Assembly: GCA_963666925.2 (NCBI GenBank)
Contig: CAXXTC010000007.1
Span: 288,001-352,000, forward strand
Direction: 5' to 3'
Length of the DNA: 64,000 nt
Origin: Phycisphaerae bacterium
Lineage (GTDB): Bacteria; Planctomycetota; Phycisphaerae; UBA1845; Fen-1342
Below are positions 20,837 through 30,934 of the stretch, piece after piece. The notes under the pieces were generated by a model. The model was not told the origin of the DNA. It saw nothing but the letters and a program-made list of their open reading frames with translations, and did not search any database. Both the position numbers and the translations under genes were made by a program. Positions within the stretch are counted from its first letter, which is position 1. Each line of letters begins with the position of its first letter.

Positions 20837-23800
20837 CTATTCCGGCGGCTGGATGCAATTACCGTCCACCAAGCCGGCGACGAATGGATCGATATCGTCA
20901 AAGTTGACCATGTCGTTCCAGTCGCAGTCGTTGCTGCCGATGTAATTGCAGGTCGGGTTGCCGCCGTGCAGGTCGTTCCAGTTCTGCTCACCGACAAGAG
21001 CTGCGACGAAGTAGTCGATATCGTCGAAGTTGATCTCGCCGTCGCAGTTGGAGTCGCCGTGGCAGTCTTCCTCGTCGGAAGCCCGCAGGAGTATGTCCAT
21101 GCGAATGGGCTTGGTCAGATCGATGATCGGGCTCGGGGTGAAGCCGGCACCGCCGGTGACGATCCGCGCCCAGCGCTGGTCGGTTGAGTCGAGCCAGAAC
21201 CAGACCAGCAGCTCAGACTGACCGGGGTTGCCCTCGGTATCGCTGACTTCGCTGGCACTCGGCAGCGAGACCATGTCGCCGCCGGTGGAGCCTGAGTAGG
21301 TCGGCTCCTGGAAGAGCACTTCGTCGCCGACGGTGTTGGACTCGAAGTCGGCGATGACGAAGTCACTGCCGCCGTCGGCCTCGACGTTGACGACGTTGTC
21401 GACGTAGAGCTCGTAGAGACCGGTGCTGCGCTCGGCCGAGGCCGCATCGACGGCAATCGCCAGGTGTTCCAGCGTGCCGCGCGTCGCGGTGATCTCGTCG
21501 TCGCCGGTGAAGCCGACGATGTCGGTTCCGGTCGGGTCGAACGTCAGCGTCTGCCAGCTGTTAGACGGGCTGACGGCGACGCCTTGCGGAGCGCCGTTGA
21601 CGACGCCGGTGGCACCGACCCATTCGATCTCATACTCGCCGCTGGTGCTGCCTTCGGATCCGAGGGCGCCGGTGTCGCCGGTCTCGCGGATACCGATGCA
21701 GATCAGCACGTCGCCGTTGCCGGCACCGACCTCGAGCGGATTGGACGCTTCGGTTCCAACCGTGTTGGTAGCCTCGGCGGTTATGCTCTCGAGGTGGACC
21801 AGCGGGCGGGTCAGGGTAACCACGACCTCGCCGTTCTCATCGGGCGCGGTGGTGGAATAGCCGATCAGCTCCGGCGTGGCATCGTAGATCTCGACCAACG
21901 TGACGTCACTGCTGACATTCTCGACCGTGACGGTCTCGTCGCCGTCTTCGATGGGGGCGGAGATTGCGGGTTCGGCCGGGGGCTGCGGGCCGATGGGCTC
22001 GAAGCGCACCGGACCGATCTCGGCCCAGTAATCGTCATAGTAGCGGTCATAGGCGCTGCCGCCGGTGTAGGCACTGCCGACACGGGCGACCTCGTAGGTC
22101 GTATCAGCGGTGAGCTGGAGGTTCTTCAGCGAGAGCAGGCCGTCGACGTAGACGTCCATGAGCTGGCCCTTGTGCACGATGGTGAACGTGTGCCAGCCGA
22201 TCGAGCGCTGCGGGGCCTCGTATTCATCGAGGTCGATCCAGTCCGGTCCGCCGTTGCCGTTGAGACGGATGTCGTACGTTGCACCGCTGGTGTAGCCGGA
22301 GTCGTACGCGCCGACTTCGCAGAGCCACCAGTCGGTGGTCAGGTCGCCGTTGAGCTGAGCGAAGCCCTGGAAGTCATAAGCTGTGTCAACGCCGACCGGA
22401 TCGTAGAAGTGGAAGTTCCAGACCACCGGCTCTTCGAGGGTCGGGACGGTCTCGGCGAACGTCCGCGCGATGCGGTTGGCCTCGTAGGCCGGCGAATGGA
22501 CGGACTGCACGGCGCTCGGGTCATCGGTCGCGTTGCGATCGGTGTTGAGGTCGAGCCGATTGCCGTAGACCGTCGGCCACGCGGCCTCGTAGGTCGCCTG
22601 ATCGTCTTCGAAGTCGTCACCGACGATCACGGTGGTGGTCGCGGTGGTGGTGGTTTCGACGGTGGCGTCAACGCTGTCGACGCCGCCGACGGTCATTGCG
22701 GCCGTAACCAGGTCACCCTGTACCAGGGCCGGGATCGAGACATCGCAACGAGTTTCGCCCAGCGTCGGGGTTACGGTGTTGACGACGGTGTCGTTGACCT
22801 TGACGCGTACTTCGGTCGCATCGGGATCGATGATGACCGTGACCGATTCCTCGCCGGCAGCCGGGGCCTTGTACATGGTCGGGCCGGGCAGAAGTACGTA
22901 CACCGCTTCCGATTCAGGGCTGGTCAGCCCGTCGACGGTCTGAGTGGCGGTGAAGTACTGGCCGGTAGCCGCGGCCGGGAAGATATCCAGCGTCACGCTG
23001 GTGCTGATGGGGTCAACACCCTCGTCGGTGACGCCGCTGCGGTAGAGCTGTACCCAGGTGGCAGCCGGATCGATGCCGGTTACCGTTACCTGCGAGGCGC
23101 CGGGAATGATCGGCGCGACGACAGTGGGTGCCTCCGGGGGCTGCGGCGTGATGGTGTTGAAGTGTAGCGCGCCGGTGGCGACGGTGTAGTCGTCATACCA
23201 GGCGCCGCCGCCGTTGCTCGAATAGCCCGAGCCGATGGTGGCATTGGTGAATTCGAGGCCGGCGGTACGCGGCATGTTCTGCTTGGCCAGGATACCGTCG
23301 ACGTAATAGTCGATGGTGTTGGTCTTGATGGCGGCCGTCAGCACGTGCCAGCCGTTTGAAGTAGTGGGGGCGCCAGGGTCGTTCATCACGAACCAGCCGC
23401 TGGTTTCGCTCGGCCCGCCACTCAGGCAGCGGCCAGAGTAGTAGCTGCCCAACATCGAGTTGGTCTTGCCCAGGGTGACGATTTCGCCACCGTCGCCGCG
23501 CAATTCGGTCCACTGACGGAAGAGTCCGTAGTTGGAGGCGTCGTCGTAGAAGCTGATGTTCCAAATCAGCGGCTCGGTGTCGCTACCGGCGACGGAAGTG
23601 AACGGGGTTATCAGCAGACTGCGATTGGCCGCCACGCCGCTGCCGGTGTCGTCGCTGTATGCGGCTTTCTCCGCACCGGTGGTGGGGGTGGCGTTCCAGG
23701 TGTCGTCCAGTACCAGTTGGATGTCGCTGCCGGCGGTATCCGCTTCCCAGACCAGGTTAAAGGCGGCCTGGTTGGTGTATTCGAAGTTGTCGAAGAAGGT

Positions 23801-25327
23801 AGCGGTAGCGATCGTATCGGTCGTCACGATTACCGTGGCGGAAGGATCGCTGGCGGCGCCGGAGGCTTCCTGGGTCGCGTAGACCTCATCGCCCATCGTC
23901 AGGCCGCTTACCGGCACGTCGACGGAAAATTCGCCGTCCGGATCGATATTACCGACCGGGCTGTCGTTGACGTACACGACGACGTTGTCGCTGGCGGAAT
24001 CCAACCAGGTGACGCGTACGGTCGCATCACCCGCGGCGGGCAGCAGGCCGATGGCCGGCATCGGCGGAGCGACGCGCACGCCCTCGGACTCTGAGCTTTC
24101 CTGGCTGTTGATGGTCTGCGTGGCCGTGTAGGTGTCGCCGGCGGTCGCGCCGTGCGGCAGCGTGAAGTCGACGGAATCGGCGCCGGCCGGATCCACGGTC
24201 TGGTCCGGATCGGTGCCGTTGTCGACCTTCAGCGTGACCAACGTAGCCGTGCTGTCGACGTCTTCAACCGTTACGGTCGTGGCGTCGGGGAGGATCGGCG
24301 ACACGACGGTCGGACGCGGAATCGGGTCAGGGTCGGGGGCGTCGAACTGAAGCTCGTCGATCGCAACGTCGATGGTGACGGCCAGGTCGTCGACGACGTT
24401 AACGAACGCGATGTGTTCGAGGGTGCCACGCGGCGGGTCGACGTCGAGGACGCCGTCGCCGGTGAAGCCGACGATGCCGCCGCCAAGATCAGAGCTGTCG
24501 ACGATGATGTGGCCGGTATCGAGGTCGAAGGTGATCGACTTGGCGCCGCCACCGACCGGCAGGATGTACTGCGGTACGGGGACCTTGTTGCCGGCCGTGC
24601 CGAGGGTGTACCCGGCGCGGATTTCGTCATCCGTCGTCGGGGTGGTATCGAGGATACCGTCGGGGCCGGGGCTGATGATCGCAGTGCCCGGCGGCAGATC
24701 GAGTCCTGTTTCACCGATGTCGGTGCCGAGGGGGTACTCCTGGATGTCGTCACTCTCCGAATCGGCTTCGGTGTCGACGATCATGTCCTCGCCGGCGGTA
24801 ATGCCGTTGGGGGTCATGTCGACGCCGATCCACTCGATCTCGCCGCTGGTACCGCCGTCAGACATCTGCGGGACGGCGACGCCGGTCTCGCGGACGCCGA
24901 GCACCAGGCCGATGTTGCCACGGATCACCTCGCTGAAGTTGGTGATCTTGAAGCTGACGGTGCCGTCAATATGTACCGACGGGTTGGGCCAGACGTTGCC
25001 CTGGTTGGTGGTCAGACGCACCCAGGAGCCGAGCTCGGTCTCATCCACCCACTTGAAGAAGATGCGCAAGGCGCCGGCGCCATCGGTGGCGAGTTCGGCG
25101 TCGGGCCAGGCGTTGTTGTTGTCGTACGTACTCGATCCGCTGTTGGCGACGATGAAGTCGGAGGTGGAGGGGGAGAATTCCGGAATCTGGAACATCTCGT
25201 GGTAGGTCGTGTCACCGACGTTGTCGTCCCAGCCGACCAGGGGCGAGGGGTTCTGTGCCGAGGCCGCCGCTGGCAGCAGCAGCAGCGCAGCAGCACCAAG
25301 CCAGGCGAGGTATCTGCATTTCTTCAT
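20837..25327 (-). CDS. about 1496-aa secreted acidic surface protein: two permuted copies of one domain, Ig-like repeats, two LamG/ConA-like domains and a C-terminal dockerin-like EF-hand pair
   Basis: GGAGG SD and signal peptide MKKCRYLAWLGAAALLLLPAAASA. Repeats of P.V..PI..G.T.VTV. C-terminus GDSNCDGEINFDDIDYF..DCDWNDMVNFDDIDPF. Confidence 0.85.
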   Translation of the reverse strand: MKKCRYLAWLGAAALLLLPAAASAQNPSPLVGWDDNVGDTTYHEMFQIPEFSPSTSDFIVANSGSSTYDNNNAWPDAELATDGAGALRIFFKWVDETELGSWVRLTTNQGNVWPNPSVHIDGTVSFKITNFSEVIRGNIGLVLGVRETGVAVPQMSDGGTSGEIEWIGVDMTPNGITAGEDMIVDTEADSESDDIQEYPLGTDIGETGLDLPPGTAIISPGPDGILDTTPTTDDEIRAGYTLGTAGNKVPVPQYILPVGGGAKSITFDLDTGHIIVDSSDLGGGIVGFTGDGVLDVDPPRGTLEHIAFVNVVDDLAVTIDVAIDELQFDAPDPDPIPRPTVVSPILPDATTVTVEDVDSTATLVTLKVDNGTDPDQTVDPAGADSVDFTLPHGATAGDTYTATQTINSQESSESEGVRVAPPMPAIGLLPAAGDATVRVTWLDSASDNVVVYVNDSPVGNIDPDGEFSVDVPVSGLTMGDEVYATQEASGAASDPSATVIVTTDTIATATFFDNFEYTNQAAFNLVWEADTAGSDIQLVLDDTWNATPTTGAEKAAYSDDTGSGVAANRSLLITPFTSVAGSDTEPLIWNISFYDDASNYGLFRQWTELRGDGGEIVTLGKTNSMLGSYYSGRCLSGGPSETSGWFVMNDPGAPTTSNGWHVLTAAIKTNTIDYYVDGILAKQNMPRTAGLEFTNATIGSGYSSNGGGAWYDDYTVATGALHFNTITPQPPEAPTVVAPIIPGASQVTVTGIDPAATWVQLYRSGVTDEGVDPISTSVTLDIFPAAATGQYFTATQTVDGLTSPESEAVYVLLPGPTMYKAPAAGEESVTVIIDPDATEVRVKVNDTVVNTVTPTLGETRCDVSIPALVQGDLVTAAMTVGGVDSVDATVETTTTATTTVIVGDDFEDDQATYEAAWPTVYGNRLDLNTDRNATDDPSAVQSVHSPAYEANRIARTFAETVPTLEEPVVWNFHFYDPVGVDTAYDFQGFAQLNGDLTTDWWLCEVGAYDSGYTSGATYDIRLNGNGGPDWIDLDEYEAPQRSIGWHTFTIVHKGQLMDVYVDGLLSLKNLQLTADTTYEVARVGSAYTGGSAYDRYYDDYWAEIGPVRFEPIGPQPPAEPAISAPIEDGDETVTVENVSSDVTLVEIYDATPELIGYSTTAPDENGEVVVTLTRPLVHLESITAEATNTVGTEASNPLEVGAGNGDVLICIGIRETGDTGALGSEGSTSGEYEIEWVGATGVVNGAPQGVAVSPSNSWQTLTFDPTGTDIVGFTGDDEITATRGTLEHLAIAVDAASAERSTGLYELYVDNVVNVEADGGSDFVIADFESNTVGDEVLFQEPTYSGSTGGDMVSLPSASEVSDTEGNPGQSELLVWFWLDSTDQRWARIVTGGAGFTPSPIIDLTKPIRMDILLRASDEEDCHGDSNCDGEINFDDIDYFVAALVGEQNWNDLHGGNPTCNYIGSNDCDWNDMVNFDDIDPFVAGLVDGNCIQPPE

Positions 25328-25469
25328 GTTGCTTTCCTCCATAAATCGCTTCAGATCTTCCGTGCCGGGGTGCGCGAGGCAGGGTACCGGCGTGTTTCGG
25401 AGACACAGTTCATAGAGACCGATGACAAGGCAGAGTGGTCGCGGGTGTCGCGACTCGCTCCCGAAAACG

Positions 25470-25512
25470 GACATGCTCCGCCCCGTCGCGGGACGACGAA
25501 GCGGAGCATGTC
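25470..25512. other. intergenic stem-loop between the PEP-CTERM gene and the large surface protein gene
   Basis: Perfect 12-bp stem gacatgctccgc / gcggagcatgtc with an inner cgtcg/cgacg stem. Confidence 0.6.
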
Positions 25513-25624
25513 AAAGACGCTGTTCATTGTGTTGCGAGACAATCTTCAGACCACGGCCGCGTCCCCTCAGAAACGACCAGCGCATGTTGTCTAATGCCGC
25601 GCCGCGGTCGAGACCGTCTCGAAC

Positions 25625-26320
25625 TTAGCGGCGACGAATCAGCAGACCGAGGGCCAGCAGCGCCAGGGCGGCCGGCTCAGGGATGTTGTACACGGCCAGA
25701 TCGTCGAACCACACGATTTCCTGCGAGCTGTAGCTCGTGCCGATGGAGATCGTGTCGTAGGTGTAGCCGGCGTTCTTCGAGACGACGGTGCCGAGCGTGT
25801 CGTCCACGTAGAACAGAATCTCGTTGTCCTTGATGATCGCCTGGAGCTTGCGCCACTCGGTGGTACGAGTGAACACGGAGTCGCCGGTGGTCGCGCCGAT
25901 GTCCCACCAAGTCCAGCCAGAGCCGCCGCGGCCATGGTAGTAGGTCTGGCCGTTGCTGCTGTTGAAGCCCAGCATGGCCAGGTCGTCGGTTGTGCCATCG
26001 GTGCTTCCTTCGAGGCGCACGTAGGAGCGGGTCCACCAGTGCAGCTCGTCGACATCCACCATCACCTCTAATACGAGCGGCGTGGCGTCAGTGGCCTCGT
26101 ACTCGGCGCCGAGCGCCTGACTGATCTGCCCCTTCGAGGTGAGATCGTTCGAGACGGACTGACCATCGCTGTAGCCCTTGGCCTGATCCAGCGTCTGGCC
26201 TGCGCCCCAAGCAGCGTCGAAGGCTGCCTGATCGGCATAGGAATCAAAGTCGTCGAAGAAACTCGCCATCGCGGTTGCCGCGAAGACCAGTACCACACCA
26301 AGTGCTAGTGCTTTTCTCAT
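25625..26320 (-). CDS. PEP-CTERM protein with a LamG/ConA-like domain
   Basis: GGAGGAGG SD, signal peptide MRKALALGVVLVFAATAMA and C-terminus IPEPAALALLALGLLIRRR. Confidence 0.92.
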   Translation of the reverse strand: MRKALALGVVLVFAATAMASFFDDFDSYADQAAFDAAWGAGQTLDQAKGYSDGQSVSNDLTSKGQISQALGAEYEATDATPLVLEVMVDVDELHWWTRSYVRLEGSTDGTTDDLAMLGFNSSNGQTYYHGRGGSGWTWWDIGATTGDSVFTRTTEWRKLQAIIKDNEILFYVDDTLGTVVSKNAGYTYDTISIGTSYSSQEIVWFDDLAVYNIPEPAALALLALGLLIRRR

Positions 26321-26962
26321 TACGTCCTCCTCCACAGTCGTTTTGGTACAGGAATCTGAGTCACGCTCGGGTGGTCTTCCTCAATGCCTGCCCGAGATCA
26401 GATTCACCACTCCTCAACCAGAACACTCTCACAAAATCGCGGACGAGCCGCGAATACGTTCGTCTTTGATCTGCCAATCGACGTGTCGGGTCGTGCTTCA
26501 GGTCGGTGCGATCACGGCCACATGACACGTTGCTCGACCGACACCCCTATCTCATTCTCCTTCTCCCTTCACTGCTTCTTAGTATACTGCTCGGGTCATT
26601 GGTTCACAAGCATAACCATGAGTTCCCCGTAACCGGTATCGGCAGCTCCGGAGATCTATATTTTTCTGCCCCCATAATCGCGATAAGTCTTTGAATGATA
26701 TGATGTTGTGTCGGTTTCGGGCAGGCGGAACGGGGGTCAGATTTCGGCCTGGGGCGCAGATTTCGGACCGAGATTCCATTATAAAATTATATAAGCAATC
26801 GGGCGTGCGCCGGTGGGCACACGCCGTTGCAATGAGAACTGACGGCCACCATGATGAGGTCGGTTAGGGAAAGAAGCAAACGTCCCCACACCTGTTGGCG
26901 CTGTCGCCGATTGAATGTGACGCCGTCCCATGCTCGTAACTGCTAAGTCGAGGAACTCCGCC

Positions 26963-29329
26963 ATGAAGACCGGCTCCCTGATATCGTCCCGGCTGCGTCC
27001 GCTGAGTCTGTTGTGCTTGTTTGGTGCGCTCGTCGTGGCCAGCAGTGCCCAGACCATCACGGTCGACAACGAGGATGCAGAGTTTTCGCTGCTCTCGGGT
27101 GAATGGTCGACCGGCACCTATGGCACGCCGTGGGGATCGTACTACCACTGGGCGATGACCACCGGGGTCGGCGAGGCGTCGGCGTCGGCGGAGTGGCGTC
27201 CGGATCTGCCTGTCAGCGGCTACTACTACGTCTCCGTCTACTACGTGCCGGGCACCAATCGCGCGGAGGACGCACCGTTCACCGTGCATCATGCCGGCGG
27301 CGACACGCTCGTTGAGATCAACCAGCAGATCAATGGCGAGACCTGGGTGCAACTGGGCGCGTTCAGCTTCAACGCCGGCACGAGCGGGTCGGTCGAGCTG
27401 AGCAACGATGCCGGCGCGAGCGTCGTTATCGCCGACGCCGTGCGTTTCGAGGCGGCGGTTACCACGGTTGAGCTGGCCATGCTGGTGAATCCCCCCGGGT
27501 GGGGCACAACCACGCCGGCGCCGGGCGGACCCTACGCGCAGTACCTGAACGAAGTGGTTCCGATATCGGCCGAGGCGTACGAGGGCTATTCGTTCCATCA
27601 CTGGGAGGTGACGGCCGGGGCGGCCGTGACCGATCCGAGTTCGCCGGATACGACCGTGGTCATGGACGAGGACAAGACGGTGCGTGCGGTGTTTGTTGCG
27701 GGTGGCAGCCCGAGCGAGGAGTTCCGCGGGTTCTGGGCGGACGCGTTCCACGTTGGGTTCAAAAGTACGTCGCAGATTGACGACATGATCACCCGCGCGC
27801 TGTCCGGCAATTACAACGCCATCCTGCCGGAGATCATGGCCTATCAGGATTCCGGCTCAAGCGCCCACGGCGCCTACTGGGACTCGGCGATCGTGCCGCA
27901 GGCGACCGACATCTCCGGCGGTATCGATCCGCTGGCGTATCTCGTGCAAGAGGCGCACGCCAACGGGCTCGAAGTGCACCCGTGGCTGGTGACGTTCCGG
28001 GCCTCGTCCAGTTGGCCGCCCAGCGGGAACACCACGCTCGCCAACCATCCCGAGTGGATCATGGTCACCGAGGACAACATCGGCGACGGCCCGCAGCCGA
28101 CCAACGGCAAGTACGAACTCGATCCCGGCTGCCCCGGCGTGCAGGAATACCTGCTCTCCATCGTCCGCGAGCTCGTCACCAACTACGACATCGACGGTAT
28201 TCATTGGGACTACATCCGCTACACCGATTCAACGTCGGGTTACCCGGCCTATACGTGGTTTGATGATTCCGGGCTGGCCCGCTTCAAGCGCATCAGCGGC
28301 TACAGCGGCACGCCGTCGCCGACCTACGGTGCCTGGTGCGACTTTCGGCGACGCGAGATCACCGAGCTGATCCGTCGGGTGCAGGTGGAGATCGCCACCA
28401 ACACGAACAATCCGCAGCAGCCGCTACGGCACTCGGCCGCGCTGGTTACGTGGGGCAATGCCCCGTCCAGCTTCGAGTCCACCAGTTCGTGGGCGGTGTT
28501 CCAGAACTGGCGCGAGTGGACCGAGCAGGGTTACCTCGACACGGCCATTCCGATGACTTACTACGACTACGATACGTACCCGCTCTGGTATCAGAACTGG
28601 GTCGACGCGTCCGTCGGGTGGTCCTACGATCGTCACTGCGTGATCGGCCCGGGCGTGTACCTCAACGACTTCGAAGATAGTCTCGTCGAGATCGAGTACA
28701 CCCGCAGCGCCGGCGCCGACGGTGTCTGCACCTATTCGTATGCTGACACCAACAGCGGCTCGTCAGAATGGGAGTGGTATACGGACTGGGCACCGGAGGT
28801 GTTTGACGAGCCCGCCGCCACGCCGGAGATGACCTGGCGCGACCCGCTGACGACATCGGAGGGCAACGTGTACGGGCGCGTCACAGATGGTGCTACCGGC
28901 GAGCCGATCGACGACGCCGAGATTGAGCTGGACGGTTCGGCGGTTGCGTACACTGATGGGAACGGGTTCTTCGTCATCACGCGCATCGGCGGCTCGACCG
29001 CCGGCGTGCCCGTGGCCATAACGGCAACGTACTCGGGCTACGCCGACGTGACCCGGTCGGCCGTGCTGGTCACCTGCGCTGGCTATACTGAAGCCAACTT
29101 GGCGTTCGGCGATTGGCGCAACGGCGACTACGACGTTGACGGCGACGTTGACGGCGACGATTTTGCCCAGTTTGAGGTGTACCTGACCGGCCCGGATCAG
29201 GGCCCGCCGGCGCCCGGCGGTGACCTGTTCGACTTCGACTTCGACGACGACATCGACCTGCACGACTTCCGCGACATGCAGCGAGACACGGGCTCGTCGC
29301 CGCCGCGTGGCTACGGCGCGGCCCGATAA
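26963..29329 (+). CDS. secreted GHL10/DUF187-type glycoside hydrolase-like protein with a golvesin/Xly-type N-terminal module, B-repeat, carboxypeptidase-regulatory-like domain and dockerin-like end
   Basis: TITVDNED..NRAEDAPFTV..INQQING..ADAVRF module, EFRGFW, DPLAYLVQEAHANGLEVHPW, LDPGCPGV, YDIDGIHWDYIRY, QNWREW and GDYDVDGDVDGDDF..DFDDDIDLHDF. Confidence 0.88.
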   Translation: MKTGSLISSRLRPLSLLCLFGALVVASSAQTITVDNEDAEFSLLSGEWSTGTYGTPWGSYYHWAMTTGVGEASASAEWRPDLPVSGYYYVSVYYVPGTNRAEDAPFTVHHAGGDTLVEINQQINGETWVQLGAFSFNAGTSGSVELSNDAGASVVIADAVRFEAAVTTVELAMLVNPPGWGTTTPAPGGPYAQYLNEVVPISAEAYEGYSFHHWEVTAGAAVTDPSSPDTTVVMDEDKTVRAVFVAGGSPSEEFRGFWADAFHVGFKSTSQIDDMITRALSGNYNAILPEIMAYQDSGSSAHGAYWDSAIVPQATDISGGIDPLAYLVQEAHANGLEVHPWLVTFRASSSWPPSGNTTLANHPEWIMVTEDNIGDGPQPTNGKYELDPGCPGVQEYLLSIVRELVTNYDIDGIHWDYIRYTDSTSGYPAYTWFDDSGLARFKRISGYSGTPSPTYGAWCDFRRREITELIRRVQVEIATNTNNPQQPLRHSAALVTWGNAPSSFESTSSWAVFQNWREWTEQGYLDTAIPMTYYDYDTYPLWYQNWVDASVGWSYDRHCVIGPGVYLNDFEDSLVEIEYTRSAGADGVCTYSYADTNSGSSEWEWYTDWAPEVFDEPAATPEMTWRDPLTTSEGNVYGRVTDGATGEPIDDAEIELDGSAVAYTDGNGFFVITRIGGSTAGVPVAITATYSGYADVTRSAVLVTCAGYTEANLAFGDWRNGDYDVDGDVDGDDFAQFEVYLTGPDQGPPAPGGDLFDFDFDDDIDLHDFRDMQRDTGSSPPRGYGAAR

Positions 29330-29877
29330 AGTAGCGATGCGAACACGACGGCCGCGATGATCCCGACCGCGTCAGCGATCAGACAGGCTCCCAGCGTGTG
29401 CCGCATGCGCCTGATGCCCACCGAGCCGAAATATACCGTCATGATGTAGAACGTCGTTTCGGTGCTGCCCTGCATGACTGAGGCGGCGTAGCCGATGAAG
29501 CTGTCCGGGCCGTGGTGTTCGAACAGCTCGAGCATCACACCGCGGGCACCGCTGCCCGACAGCGGGCGAACGATCGCCAGCGGAATCAGCTCCAGCTTTT
29601 CGGCATGTGCTTCCCAGCCGACCCAACCCAGCGCGACTGTCAGGGCCGACTTGATGTCCTCGATCGCACCACTGGCACGGAACACCGCGATCACGAGTAG
29701 AATGGCGACCAGGTAGGGGATGATCATGACGGCGATGCCGAAGCCTTCTTTGGCGCCGGTCACGAACGAGTCGTACATCGGCACGCGCCGAAACCACGCC
29801 ACCACCACGACCACCAGAATGATCGCCGGGATGGCCCACTGGCTGACCAGGTCTGCGATTTCCAACAAGCCTGCCAT
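29311..29877 (-). CDS. spmB: SpmB-like nucleoside-recognition (Gate) membrane protein
   Basis: YDSFVTGAKEG, IIPYLVA, RPLSGSGA and GSTETTFYIMTVYFGSVGI. Confidence 0.9.
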   Translation of the reverse strand: MAGLLEIADLVSQWAIPAIILVVVVVAWFRRVPMYDSFVTGAKEGFGIAVMIIPYLVAILLVIAVFRASGAIEDIKSALTVALGWVGWEAHAEKLELIPLAIVRPLSGSGARGVMLELFEHHGPDSFIGYAASVMQGSTETTFYIMTVYFGSVGIRRMRHTLGACLIADAVGIIAAVVFASLLYRAAP

Positions 29878-30708
29878 CTAAGCACCCTCCTCGTGCGGCT
29901 CATCGGGGGCCGGTGTTGTTTCCACGGATGAACCCGTGGTGGGCGCGACGTCCGGCCGGCGGCGCAGCGGGTAAAAACGCCGCAATAGCCGAACGGCCAG
30001 AATGGCGGCGATCGTGCTGCACGTGGTTGCCAGGATGGTGGCGAAGATCACGCTGGCCGGGTCGCTGCTGCCGGCCGCCTTGCGATAGGCGACGATGGTG
30101 AACGCCACCAGCGAGATGCTGCTGGTGTTGATGGCCAGGAACATCACCATGCTGTCGCTGGCCGTCTTCTTATCGCGGTTGAGCGCCTGCAACTCCTTCA
30201 TCGCCTTGAGCCCCAGCGGCGTGGCCGCGTTGTCCAGCCCGAGCAGATTGGCGGCCAGGTTCATGACCACCGCGCCGCCCGCGGGATGGTCGCGCGGAAT
30301 GTCCGGGAACAGCCAGCGCAACACGGGCCGCAATAGCCGGGCCAGCAGCGTTACCAGGCCGGCGTCCTCGGCGATTTTCATGATGCCCAGCCACAACGCC
30401 ATCATGCCGATCAGCGCGATGCAGATCTCGACGCTGGACTGGGCCGAGTCGATGGCGGCATTGGTCAGACGCCGGCCCATCGCGCTGAGGGCACCGCTGC
30501 GCGATTGTTCCGCGGGTGCGACAGGTGTATCGTCAGCCGGCGCCGCCTGTGTGGTGGCCGGCTGAGCCTGTGTGGCGGTTGGTGCTGCCTGCGTTGCCGT
30601 CGGCTGCGGTTCCGGGGGGGCGGTTGTCGGCGGGGGGGCCAGGGCGGCCCTGCCGAAGCCATACACCAGCCCGATCGCCAACAATCCGAACCAGATCTTG
30701 TTCAGCAC
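29878..30708 (-). CDS. spmA: SpmA-like nucleoside-recognition (Gate) membrane protein
   Basis: MLNKIW, LWLGIMKIAE, NLAANLLGLDNAATPLGLKAMKELQ and FLAINTS. Confidence 0.9.
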   Translation of the reverse strand: MLNKIWFGLLAIGLVYGFGRAALAPPPTTAPPEPQPTATQAAPTATQAQPATTQAAPADDTPVAPAEQSRSGALSAMGRRLTNAAIDSAQSSVEICIALIGMMALWLGIMKIAEDAGLVTLLARLLRPVLRWLFPDIPRDHPAGGAVVMNLAANLLGLDNAATPLGLKAMKELQALNRDKKTASDSMVMFLAINTSSISLVAFTIVAYRKAAGSSDPASVIFATILATTCSTIAAILAVRLLRRFYPLRRRPDVAPTTGSSVETTPAPDEPHEEGA

Positions 30709-30934
30709 AACGTGTCTCCTGGCGGCCTGGGGGCGACTTGATCGGCCCGCCTATCGTAAACGAGCGCCGGCCCAGCCGCATCCGCCGTCAGATGCCGGCA
30801 CAGAACGCCCAACCGCCCGCGGCTGATGTCCGGGAATCGTGTGCCGCTCCGGGGCCGGTCGTTTCCGGCCGATCGGATTGGTATAATGCCGAATTCTCCG
30901 ATTGCGACGGACGGACCCCGGCCGGCAGAGGATC

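Noticed and set aside
26660..26800. AT-rich motifs (cccataatcgcgataag and ccattataaaattatataag) as a dif site
   Set aside because: Neither has a credible XerD arm (TTATGTTAAAT-like). They are better explained as divergent promoter elements.
26814..26832. Sigma-54 promoter (gggcacacgccgttgc) upstream of the glycoside hydrolase
   Set aside because: GG-to-GC spacing is 11 nt rather than the required 10.
29311..30708. spmA/spmB as evidence of sporulation
   Set aside because: SpmAB-like Gate-domain proteins are widespread in non-sporulating bacteria, and no other sporulation genes are present.
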